A stretch of DNA of 64,000 nt. Origin: Nitrospirales bacterium (GTDB taxonomy: Bacteria > Nitrospirota > Nitrospiria > Nitrospirales > UBA8639). The position numbers and the translations under genes were made by a program. Numbering within the stretch: the first letter of the stretch is position 1; the number at the start of each line of letters is the position of its first letter. The DNA lies in the NCBI GenBank assembly GCA_965203295.1, contig CBDBCZ010000019.1, forward strand, positions 2,112,001 to 2,176,000. The letters are read 5' to 3'. Below are positions 10,734 through 19,499 of the stretch, in pieces. Below the pieces are notes generated by a model that made no database searches, had not been told where the DNA came from, and worked only from the letters and a program-made list of their open reading frames with translations.

Positions 10734-11121
10734 CTAGCAGGATGTTGAAAAATTCCACCAGCGGCGTTCTCGGTCCTTTGTTGTGCTCACTTATTCCCAT
10801 GTACGCTCCGCGCGCCAAAGGTCTTGTGCGGCCTTGCATGCCAAGAGAAGTCTTTCCTCTTGGCGTAGGGGACGGTCGAAGGGAGTATTCCCCCTTCGAG
10901 GGGTCACAGGCCCAAGAGACTTGGCCGTCCTAGGAGCAGCGCCCCTGGGAAAGCAAGGAGAGAAGCTTGGCGAATCTCCTTGCTGGACCTGGCTCCACCG
11001 ATGCGGCTTCGCGCAGGCGAGCGGGTCTTTTTGAACAGCCTGCACCGCTTTTGATGATGATCGGACATTCTTCAGCAAACCAAGATTTTGGGAAGTGTTG
11101 AGTTTTTCAACACCCTGCTAG
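10734..11121. mobile_element. MITE/REP-like non-coding element with terminal inverted repeats and a nested multi-hairpin insert
   Basis: Left end CTAGCAGGATGTTGAAAAA; right end TTTTTCAACACCCTGCTAG. Extra internal end TTTTTGAACAGCCTGC at about 11028-11043. No transposase. Confidence 0.7.
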
Positions 11122-11281
11122 AAGCTAAAAAAGCACCACACTAGCGAAGAAGGTAATGGGAACAGAGCTTGCATTTTGATAAAGTAGAGAGATCTTGATT
11201 TCAGGAAAGGGTCGTAATAGCATACTGATACGGCAAATTTAGTCTCGATTTCGTCGTATCCTAAAAAGTAGGATCGTGAGC

Positions 11282-11473
11282 ATGGGAACCCACCAAGTTG
11301 CCAGCAGAATCTGGATCTGGTTTTATCAAGATGGGACCCATTGGAAAATCGCCAAGACTGAAGAGGGATTTTGGTATTGTCCCATTGGTCCTGGAGGGAA
11401 GCGACTTGGACCCTGGGAACCCGGATTTCCACCAGGTCTCGATAATCTTCCTCAGTGGCTCAAATATGCCTAA
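11282..11473 (+). CDS. Small hypothetical Trp/Pro/Gly-rich protein
   Basis: 63-aa ORF from ATG 11282 with protein-like composition; no family recognised. Confidence 0.4.
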   Translation: MGTHQVASRIWIWFYQDGTHWKIAKTEEGFWYCPIGPGGKRLGPWEPGFPPGLDNLPQWLKYA

Positions 11474-11596
11474 ACCAGTCAGTAGTCAAAGAGCCCTTTT
11501 GTTTCTCGCATTCTTCTTTTCTTCATCTCTTCATCCTAAAAAAGTACCCACAGTCGTTGTTTTGCATCCTTCTTGATTCGCTGATCGGGTGATCAA

Positions 11597-11908
11597 TTAC
11601 AGATCATAAAAATAGTTGACATTGTCGCCGCCCCATGGCTTGACCTTGCCTTCGATGACCTTGTCCTTCTTGCAGTAAACCCACACCGTGACTTCTGACA
11701 GCCTGGTTAAATCCTTCATCATTCCCATCAGCGTTAAGATAATTTTTCGCCCGCGTTCCCTATCGAGCGCCAAACGATTGTACATATTCTCTGTCACATG
11801 AATCTGGAGCAGTTCTCCTTTCACAATCACCTGTTCCACTTCGGGGTTGTTACCCATTTGTCGCTGTATTGTCTCGGCAATGGAACTATCGCTTTTCTTT
11901 TCACCCAT
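11597..11908 (-). CDS. Hypothetical protein
   Basis: 103-aa ORF with ATG and an AAGGAAG RBS-like sequence; co-oriented with pepP. Confidence 0.65.
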   Translation of the reverse strand: MGEKKSDSSIAETIQRQMGNNPEVEQVIVKGELLQIHVTENMYNRLALDRERGRKIILTLMGMMKDLTRLSEVTVWVYCKKDKVIEGKVKPWGGDNVNYFYDL

Positions 11909-11984
11909 ATGTTGTCACTTCCTTTTCATCTCTACCTTGTTCAGCAATAAGAAAACTATTTTCCCTTGACACCACCTACCACGC

Positions 11985-13796
11985 TCACAATGGTTGAGTC
12001 ACTTGACACAACCATTCCTGGGTTTCCGCATCTACGAGAGGTGAGATCACTTCACAGACGCGAGCATGATATGTGTGAATCCAATGCATTTCAGCAGTCG
12101 TTAAATGTGACCATTCGATGAGTTTTGAGTCAAAAGGAACAAGAGTCAAAGTTTCAAATTCAAGGAATTCTCGATTCTGGCCTTCATCTCTAGAACTTTG
12201 TGTTACTAATACAAGATTTTCAAGACGGATACCGTACGACCCATTTTTATAAAACCCTGGCTCGTTTGAGAGGATCATCCCAGGTTGCAAGGGCACAGAA
12301 TTAGGAGCCTTAGAAATTCGTTGAGGCCCTTCATGGACACCCAGGTAACTTCCGACACCGTGCCCTGTACCATGATCATAATCTAAGCCTACTTCCCATA
12401 AAGCACGCCTAGCTAAGGAATCAAGCTGTGTTCCTGTGGTTCCTCTGGGAAAACGAGCAGTGGCTAAAGCAATGTGTCCTTTCAAGACTCGTGTGAACCG
12501 ATCCTTGTGTTCGTGGGTTGGCGTTCCGATCGCGACCGTCCTCGTTATATCCGTCGTTCCACCCATGTACTGACCGCCCGAATCCACCAAATACAAGGAA
12601 CCCATCTCAAGCGGCTTGTTCGTCTCTTCTGTTGCACGATAGTGTACAATGGCTCCGTTCGAGCCTGCAGCAGAAATAGTTGGAAAACTCGAATCCTTCC
12701 ATTCAGCATGCTCCTTTCGCCGAGCCTCCAAAAATTCCTCAGCGTCGAGTTCTCGCAAATGGCCGCGAGGAGCCTCTCGAGCTATCCATGCGAGAAATTT
12801 GCAAACTGCGGCTCCATCCCAACAATGAGCCTGACGAGTCCCTATGATTTCACTCTCGTTCTTGCAAGCTTTGGCCACCACACAGGGATCCTCGCCCTGC
12901 TTCACAATTGCGCCAACTTCACCCAGACGATCGACAATTCGAACAGCTGTCCTTCTCGAATCATATAAGACTCGAGCCTTCTGCTTCCCTAAATCATGGA
13001 GGAAGGATTCGAATGTCGTCGGATCCTGAATTGTCACTCCATTACCCATATGATCCATGACGTCCTGAGAAAGCCTTGGCAAGTCAATAAACAAATCCAG
13101 TTCTCCAGTGCTGTGAAGAAGCGCGTTGCAAAGCGGAAGCGGCGTGTGAGGAACATCATGAGCACGAATATTTAATAGCCAGGCAATGGAATCAGGAGCC
13201 GTGAGAATATCCACATCAACTCCATCTTGTCTGAGTTTTCCAGCCAAAACACGACGCTTCTCGTCAGACTTTTTTCCCGCTACATGATGGGGATGAATCA
13301 CAACCATGGATTTGGGATAAGGAGGCCGGTCCTCCCAAATCGCATCAATCGGATTTGACTGACTCGCCACCAATTGTCCACCGACCCGTTCACAAACCTG
13401 ACGAATTGTTTCTATTTCATTGGGAGTATGGAGCCAGGGATCATAGCCAAGTTTCTGTCCAGGCTTGAGAACGGAACCTAACCATTCGTGCACTGGCCAC
13501 TCGGTTATATGATGGGCCACAAACATATTTGTATCGATTTGCTGCTGAACTTGGAGCAGATAACGACCATCGATGAAGATAGCGGCTTCATCTTGAAGAA
13601 CAACGGCCATCCCGGCTGAACCCGTAAACCCAGTCAACCAAGCAAGCCTCTCCGCACAAGTAGGAAGGTATTCATTTTGGTGCTCATCGGCATGAGGAAT
13701 GATAAAACCATGCAGATTTTGCTGTTGTAATTCCGCTCGAAAGGTTAAAACTCTTTGGGAATTCTTCTCAGAACTTTTCACGATATCTTCTTCCAC
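11985..13796 (-). CDS. Xaa-Pro aminopeptidase (M24B, aminopeptidase P family)
   Basis: WLTGFTGSAG, DSGGQY..GTTDITRT, HGTGHGVG..L.VHEGP, NEPGFY and GIRLEN motifs. Confidence 0.93.
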   Translation of the reverse strand: MEEDIVKSSEKNSQRVLTFRAELQQQNLHGFIIPHADEHQNEYLPTCAERLAWLTGFTGSAGMAVVLQDEAAIFIDGRYLLQVQQQIDTNMFVAHHITEWPVHEWLGSVLKPGQKLGYDPWLHTPNEIETIRQVCERVGGQLVASQSNPIDAIWEDRPPYPKSMVVIHPHHVAGKKSDEKRRVLAGKLRQDGVDVDILTAPDSIAWLLNIRAHDVPHTPLPLCNALLHSTGELDLFIDLPRLSQDVMDHMGNGVTIQDPTTFESFLHDLGKQKARVLYDSRRTAVRIVDRLGEVGAIVKQGEDPCVVAKACKNESEIIGTRQAHCWDGAAVCKFLAWIAREAPRGHLRELDAEEFLEARRKEHAEWKDSSFPTISAAGSNGAIVHYRATEETNKPLEMGSLYLVDSGGQYMGGTTDITRTVAIGTPTHEHKDRFTRVLKGHIALATARFPRGTTGTQLDSLARRALWEVGLDYDHGTGHGVGSYLGVHEGPQRISKAPNSVPLQPGMILSNEPGFYKNGSYGIRLENLVLVTQSSRDEGQNREFLEFETLTLVPFDSKLIEWSHLTTAEMHWIHTYHARVCEVISPLVDAETQEWLCQVTQPL

Positions 13797-14218
13797 CCTT
13801 TATTACGCCTCATCCGCTCTGTGGTTCGTACTTCTAAATTTACCTTAACTAATTGTATCAAAAACCTAACACCAAAAGGGAAAAACCCAGTAACATTGCG
13901 CGATCAGAACTTCAATATTCTCCCAACACTGGATAGTTCCGACAAACTCCACGAATGACCAGACTCAAAGGAAATGTTCAAAAAAGCGTGCGCCTGTGCG
14001 TTGAAGGACTTTTTCAACATTCCCATAAAACAAACGCAGGGAGCAAGTTTAGGTTAGGAACCGATCCAAAAGTAAAGGGAGAGTGCGCAGAATCGAAAAA
14101 ATGGAACCAACTTGTCCCCCAGGACCATGATCATGCTATATTTTCAGGTCCCAGGCAAAAAACCTGGCACATTCGTTTTTCGTTTATCATATGGACGCCG
14201 AGGTCCAAAAACAAAACC

Positions 14219-15064
14219 ATGAACACATATTTCAATAAGGTCTTTTGCCTCCTGCTCGTATGGGGTTGTATGACTCTGGGAGCAGGAGCTATTGGTTGTG
14301 AAAATGTAGAAGCCAATTACCAGGAGGGTGTGACAGCACTCGAAGCAGGCGATTACGAAACAGCCCTGAAACATTTTCATTCTGCCGCAGGAAAAGGGCA
14401 CCCCGGTGCCCAGGCTGCCCTCGGGGAATTATATTACAGAGGCGAGGGGATCAAACGCGATGCCCAGGAATCGGCGAAGTGGTACCGGCTGGCTGCAGAG
14501 CAGGGGCATATGGACGCGCAAGTGACTTTGGGGTGGATGTATAACGCTGGCACCGGGGTTCCACAAGATTTCACGGAAGCTATCAAGTGGTTTGAATTAG
14601 CGGCAGACCAAGGACATCCAGGCGCGCAAAACAATCTAGGTGTGCTGTACCGTCAGGGGAGAGGCGGCCAAATGGATATTGTGAAAGCCGTGATCTGGTT
14701 CCGCAAAGCCGCAGACCAAGGGGTGGCTCCCGCCCAATACGCACTGGGACAGATGTATCTCAATGGGGAAGGTGTGGAACAAGATGTAGGAGAGGCAGTT
14801 CAGTGGTATACACGGGCAGCAGATCAGGGGCTTTTGGAGGCTCAGGCCGACCTCGGATTTTTGTATGCGAAACGGGAAAATAAAGTTCCCCAAGATTTCC
14901 TCCTTGCCTACCAATGGCTGGCCTTAGCCGCAGAACAAGGGGACAGGATGGCCCCGGCAGATCTTGAGAAATTGATGAAGAACATGACTCCTGACCAGAT
15001 CAAAGAAGCCCAACAACTTGTTCGGGACTGGAGGCAAAATCACCAGAAGAACACGGAATCCTGA
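14219..15064 (+). CDS. Sel1-like repeat exported protein
   Basis: Signal peptide after MNTYF; repeated AQxxLGxxYxxGxGV...AxxWxxxAAxQG units. Confidence 0.88.
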   Translation: MNTYFNKVFCLLLVWGCMTLGAGAIGCENVEANYQEGVTALEAGDYETALKHFHSAAGKGHPGAQAALGELYYRGEGIKRDAQESAKWYRLAAEQGHMDAQVTLGWMYNAGTGVPQDFTEAIKWFELAADQGHPGAQNNLGVLYRQGRGGQMDIVKAVIWFRKAADQGVAPAQYALGQMYLNGEGVEQDVGEAVQWYTRAADQGLLEAQADLGFLYAKRENKVPQDFLLAYQWLALAAEQGDRMAPADLEKLMKNMTPDQIKEAQQLVRDWRQNHQKNTES

Positions 15065-15149
15065 AATCAAGATAAAATTACGCATTTCCAGCGAAAAGCC
15101 TCGCCAAATACATTAACTCTGGTAGTGAAACGTTTTCTTTTCCCCTTCT

Positions 15150-15213
15150 GCCGTTCAGGTGGTTCGAGCGCACGAAACACGCGGTCGTCTCCACCTGCAA
15201 CCACGTGTTAGCA
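15150..15213 (-). repeat. Degenerate or truncated integron attC-like site
   Basis: Minus strand TGCTAAC (R''-like) lies just after the gene stop. Inner inverted repeat CAGGTGG/CCACCTG is present; the R' box is missing. Confidence 0.45.
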
Positions 15214-15234
15214 TGGTTAGTCCAGTCACACGGA

Positions 15235-15950
15235 CTACAATTTGCACCATCCCAACCAGCTTGTAAACTTTGATCGCGGCCAGGGATTGTCCATCCACGA
15301 CGTGTCAGGCAGTGGTAACTTGGATGCTTCTTCAGCAGTAAACCATCCGACAGGCAATTCGAAATATGATGTTGTTCCACGTCCAGTGATCCAGCTAATC
15401 CTTTTAGATTTCTCGCTTGTTTCTGCGACATCCAACGTTAATCGACAATCTTGAACAACATAGTCCAACACAGTTTGATAATCGCCGTCTTTCCACAGTT
15501 GCGGAGCGATTGAGCCATCAACATTGGCGGGCTTGCTAATTCCTATTGCGTTCGCCGCAGCATTTAGCCTGATTGGAAAACCCTTTCCGCAAAAGAAGTG
15601 AAACATCATGTCAATATGGGCCAAAGCCAAATCACGGCAATCATCCGTTTGGCCTGACTCTTCTGCCAAAATATCGAAATCGAACCCGAGCCCATTGTGC
15701 GTGATGATTGTATAGCCAGCGTTTGATTTCATTTTGAGATGTTCGACAAATGGCGTTAAATCCTGCATAGTCATTTGTGGTGCAGGAGACCCATCCTTAT
15801 TTTTGGAATAAAAAGTCACTGCCGCGGATTCATCGCTACACCAAGTCGCCGCACAAGTAATGCCGAGTGGCCGGTGAGCAAGTAAGTCAACGAAATCCTC
15901 GGGCAAGATTTTGCCGTTTCAATATCAAAAGCCAAATACTTACGAGGCAT
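15235..15950 (-). pseudogene. RNase H-like/DEDD 3'-5' exonuclease-family protein, frameshifted near the N-terminus
   Basis: MPRKYLAFDIETAK in one frame joins LPEDF...THNGLGFDF...YVVQDC in another; adding one A to the run at about 15909-15912 restores the ORF. Confidence 0.75.
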
Positions 15951-15959
15951 TTTAAACCA

Positions 15960-16021
15960 TCCTAAAGATTGACATGAGGAACACGCATAAAAGAGCACCC
16001 CGCCCCACACTATAGTTAGGC
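15960..16021 (-). repeat. Integron attC-like recombination site
   Basis: Minus strand GCCTAAC directly follows the upstream stop, then an imperfect palindrome, ending TTTAGGA just before the next start; 62 bp. Confidence 0.55.
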
Positions 16022-16023
16022 TC

Positions 16024-16495
16024 CTAGCCCAGGCTCGCATCCAAACTATGCAATCTGAGACATTTCAGGTCCCTGTGGTGCTTGTCTGCATCAGACTCCA
16101 GGTGGTCAACAGCATATTCCTTTAGCTCGATCAGATCCTCTCTCGAGACTACCAGTACTTCTATGGAATCGATCATTCCGATCTCAGAGCGCTCTCGAAG
16201 ATCCGAATATGAAAGTTCTGCCCAAGGCGTAAGAATGTCCAGATAGTAGTCATGTCGTTTGATCGGGAGCTGAACCTTGGGACGTTGCAAATTTATGGAC
16301 GTGAACTCGGGTTCAACACCAGCCTGAGTCAATACGTTCATCACTCTGTCTGAGTTCTCAGGCGAGCGATCAATCATGAGGCTAATTTCCGACACACCAT
16401 CCTTTCGGCATCCGTAATGAAGGACGGCAGCACCTCCCACCAGCATGATTCTCGATGCAAAGGCGAACGAATCTGACGCTATGTTGCCCCGACAT
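16024..16495 (-). pseudogene. Nucleotidyltransferase-like protein (DUF6036-like), N-terminus out of frame
   Basis: LVGGAAVLHYG motif and C-terminal EDLIELK...DKHHRDL; upstream MSGQHSVRFVRLCIENH is in a different frame. Confidence 0.55.
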
Positions 16496-16589
16496 GATCA
16501 CTGTACATGATTGAGTCATGAAGAGTCCGTTTGCTGAACAAAATCACAGCCAGGAGATTTACAACTAAGAATAAGGAATAAGAGTCAAC

Positions 16590-16833
16590 ACTTTACTTTC
16601 TAGCCAATTTCACCCGTTTGGTCCAGGGAAATGCATTGGTCAGGCCACCGGCTTCCAAAAATCTGCGAGACCCAAGCTGACGACACTTCAGCACGAGCCG
16701 CGGTTACCTTTAGCAACTCGTTACACCCCCGCCGCAAGAGATACACGGTCACCTGAAACACATCCTGGCGGTGCCGACGACCCAACACCGCTGATTTCTC
16801 TCCTCCTCTCACCTTCGTAACAGCTACACACAC
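16590..16833 (-). pseudogene. Possible remnant of a REP-associated tyrosine transposase (C-terminal helix-turn-helix part)
   Basis: VYLLRRGCNELLKVTAARAEVSSAWVSQI resembles a DnaA-C-like HTH tail; no HUH domain visible. Confidence 0.25.
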
Positions 16834-17103
16834 TTACTCGATTGTTGGAAGGTTATGGACCCATTTGACTCACTAATCATAGAGACGAAGGTTCATGATC
16901 CTTTAGAGAAAAAGAAGTGGCGAGAATTTTGATCAAGAACCGCACAGCAGGCCATCGAACATAGCAGGTTCATGAATGGGAATAGAGGGCAGGCTGAGAC
17001 AACCTATACAAATGAATGACACGGACCTCATGAGATCCGTAGGGAGGAAGACTGGTAAGAAGAGTGTATAGCTAAAACGCGAGGGAAAACGTCGTAGATC
17101 TTC

Positions 17104-17973
17104 TTATCCTATTACAGCTTTTACAGCGTTACCGATCTCAGCAGGATTTTTGACGACATGGACACCCGCTGCTTCAAGGGTAGCCATTTTTTCTGCTGCT
17201 GTTCCTTTTCCTCCCGTGATAATCGCACCAGCATGACCCATGCGGCGACCTGGTGGAGCTGTAATCCCGGCAATAAAGCTGATCACGGGTTTGGTCATCT
17301 GTTCTTTGATAAAGACAGCCGCTTTTTCTTCTGCGTCACCACCGATTTCTCCAATCATAACAAGGGCCTCGGTTTCCGGGTCTTCCTCAAACATCTGCAG
17401 AAGATCAATGTAACCGGTTCCAATGATCGGGTCTCCACCAATGCCTACACACGTTGTTTCCCCTAACCCAAGGTTTGTGAGCTGGTTCACGGCTTCATAC
17501 GTGAGCGTGCCGCTTCGGGAAATGACCCCTACCCGCCCTTTCTTATGAATAAACCCGGGCATAATGCCAATCTTGCACTCATCAGCAGTAATCACGCCAG
17601 GGCAATTCGGACCGATGAGACGAGAGAGACGACCTTGCAAGGCTCGTTTAACCTTCACCATATCATTGACCGGAATGCCTTCGGTAATGCAGATGATCAA
17701 CCAAATCCAGGCGTCAGCGGCTTCCAAGATCGCATCTGCTGCAAATGGAGGCGGGACAAAAATAAGGGAGGTTGTTGCGTTCGTCTTGTTCACCGCATCC
17801 TGGACAGTATTGAACACTGGAATTCCTTCGACTTCATACCCAGCCTTGCCTGGAGTGACTCCCGCAACGACTTGCGTCCCATAGGCTTTGCACTGCGTCG
17901 CATGAAAGGATCCTTCTTTCCCAGTAATACCCTGCACAACAACCCGTGTTGACTTGTTCACTAAAATGCTCAT
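17104..17973 (-). CDS. sucD: Succinyl-CoA synthetase alpha subunit
   Basis: [23 protein letters not shown] and RRMGHAGA phospho-His motif. Confidence 0.97.
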   Translation of the reverse strand: MSILVNKSTRVVVQGITGKEGSFHATQCKAYGTQVVAGVTPGKAGYEVEGIPVFNTVQDAVNKTNATTSLIFVPPPFAADAILEAADAWIWLIICITEGIPVNDMVKVKRALQGRLSRLIGPNCPGVITADECKIGIMPGFIHKKGRVGVISRSGTLTYEAVNQLTNLGLGETTCVGIGGDPIIGTGYIDLLQMFEEDPETEALVMIGEIGGDAEEKAAVFIKEQMTKPVISFIAGITAPPGRRMGHAGAIITGGKGTAAEKMATLEAAGVHVVKNPAEIGNAVKAVIG

Positions 17974-18030
17974 CCTTCATTCCTTCCCTTTTTCTTCACC
18001 TTATTTCTTTACTCGCGGACCTAACCGTCT

Positions 18031-18278
18031 CTCACTACGTGCATCCACCGACCACTTACTTTTCTCTTATTATTTTTGGAGAAATTGGTTTGAGCCCTAC
18101 GTACGGCCGTCGAGCGAGCACCTTCCGATGTACGCTTACAGGAGCATAGGAGCTCATCTCATCTGTTTTCATTCTCTCTTCTCTAGCAATGGGTGACCTA
18201 GCTACCTCTCACTGCGCACATCCACCGAGCACTTTCTGAAGTGGGCGGTGTGCGAGCACAAGAGGCGGTGGGTCACCC
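18031..18278. repeat. Two related REP-like palindromic repeats between sucC and sucD
   Basis: CTCACTACGTGCATCCACCGA (18031) and CTCACTGCGCACATCCACCGA (18208). The second copy is closed by the inverted repeat GGGTGACC/GGTCACCC (18191-18278). Confidence 0.6.
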
Positions 18279-19457
18279 CTACTTCTTTTTTTTTCGCATG
18301 GCCACAATCTTCTGAGCTGCCTCCCAGAGATCGGTCGCCACATCAACTTTGAGACCAGATTCCAAAAGCAATTGGCGCCCCTCCTCAGCATTCGTGCCTT
18401 GGAGCCTCACGACAACAGGCAACTTGATCCCCACCTCTTTAGCAGCATCAATCACTCCATGAGCAATCCGCTCACATCGAACGATCCCGCCGAAGATATT
18501 GATAAAAATACCCTTGACCTTTTTATCCTTCAAAAGAATTCGAAATCCCGCTGCAACCGTTTCCTTGGTCGCGCCACCGCCGACATCGAGGAAGTTTGCC
18601 GGCTCTGCTCCCGCGAGTTTGATCACATCCATGGTGGCCATAGCCAAACCAGCGCCGTTCACCATACAACCAATATCACCATCCAGCTTGATATAATTCA
18701 GATTGTTGTCGCTGGCCTCAATTTCCAAAGGTTCTTCTTCGTGCAAATCTCGCAGCGCGAGGACATCCGGATGTTTATACAACGCATTGTCATCGATGGA
18801 GACTTTTCCATCTAAGGCAATCAGTCGTTTATCGGTGGTAATGACAAGCGGGTTAATTTCAACCAATGAGCAATTCTTTTCCATAAATAGTCGATAGAGG
18901 TTCTCAAGCATTTGGAGAAAGGGTTTAACCACCGCAGGCTCTAATTCGGGTAATCCCAAGCCGAACCCCAAGTTCCGACCGTTATAACCTTGGTATTCAA
19001 CAGCCGGATCAATGGGTTCTTTCAAGACCCTTTCCGGTGTTTGCCCTGCAACTTCTTCAATCTCCATTCCTCCTTCAGTACTGGCAATAAATTTGGGATA
19101 CCCTGAATCTCGGTCAATAAGCAGACTCAGATAGAGTTCCTTAGCAATGCCGGCACCTTCCTCTATGAGCAAACGTCGAACTTTTCGTCCTTTCAGACCC
19201 GTCTGGTGCGTTACTAACGTTTTACCAAGCAACTCTTTGGCAAGCGCTGGGACTTCTGCTTTGTTCTTCGTGAGCTTCACACCCCCGGCCTTACCACGGC
19301 CACCAGCATGAATCTGAGCTTTCACAACAAAGACCGAAGCATCGAGTACATCTGCCCATTTCTCAGCGGCCCGAGGCGTTTTGATGTCTTTGCCTTTAGG
19401 CACGGGTACACCAAATTGCGCAAATAATTGTTTCGCCTGAAATTCATGGATGTTCAT
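18279..19457 (-). CDS. sucC: Succinyl-CoA synthetase beta subunit
   Basis: MNIHEFQAK, KAQIHAGGRGKAGG, NGAGLAMATMD and NIFGGIVRC motifs. Confidence 0.97.
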   Translation of the reverse strand: MNIHEFQAKQLFAQFGVPVPKGKDIKTPRAAEKWADVLDASVFVVKAQIHAGGRGKAGGVKLTKNKAEVPALAKELLGKTLVTHQTGLKGRKVRRLLIEEGAGIAKELYLSLLIDRDSGYPKFIASTEGGMEIEEVAGQTPERVLKEPIDPAVEYQGYNGRNLGFGLGLPELEPAVVKPFLQMLENLYRLFMEKNCSLVEINPLVITTDKRLIALDGKVSIDDNALYKHPDVLALRDLHEEEPLEIEASDNNLNYIKLDGDIGCMVNGAGLAMATMDVIKLAGAEPANFLDVGGGATKETVAAGFRILLKDKKVKGIFINIFGGIVRCERIAHGVIDAAKEVGIKLPVVVRLQGTNAEEGRQLLLESGLKVDVATDLWEAAQKIVAMRKKKK

Positions 19458-19499
19458 AGCATTCCTTTGGGTTAGTGCTGCAACAAGACCATACCGTGG

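Noticed and set aside
10742..11078. ORFs within the MITE-like repeat
   Set aside because: They arise from GC-rich palindromic DNA and have no protein motifs.
13955..14218. N-terminal extension of the Sel1 ORF
   Set aside because: The signal peptide begins at MNTYF (14219); the upstream part looks non-coding.
15900..15920. Programmed ribosomal frameshifting at this and the other frameshift sites
   Set aside because: No convincing slippery heptamer with a downstream structure; simple indels explain them.
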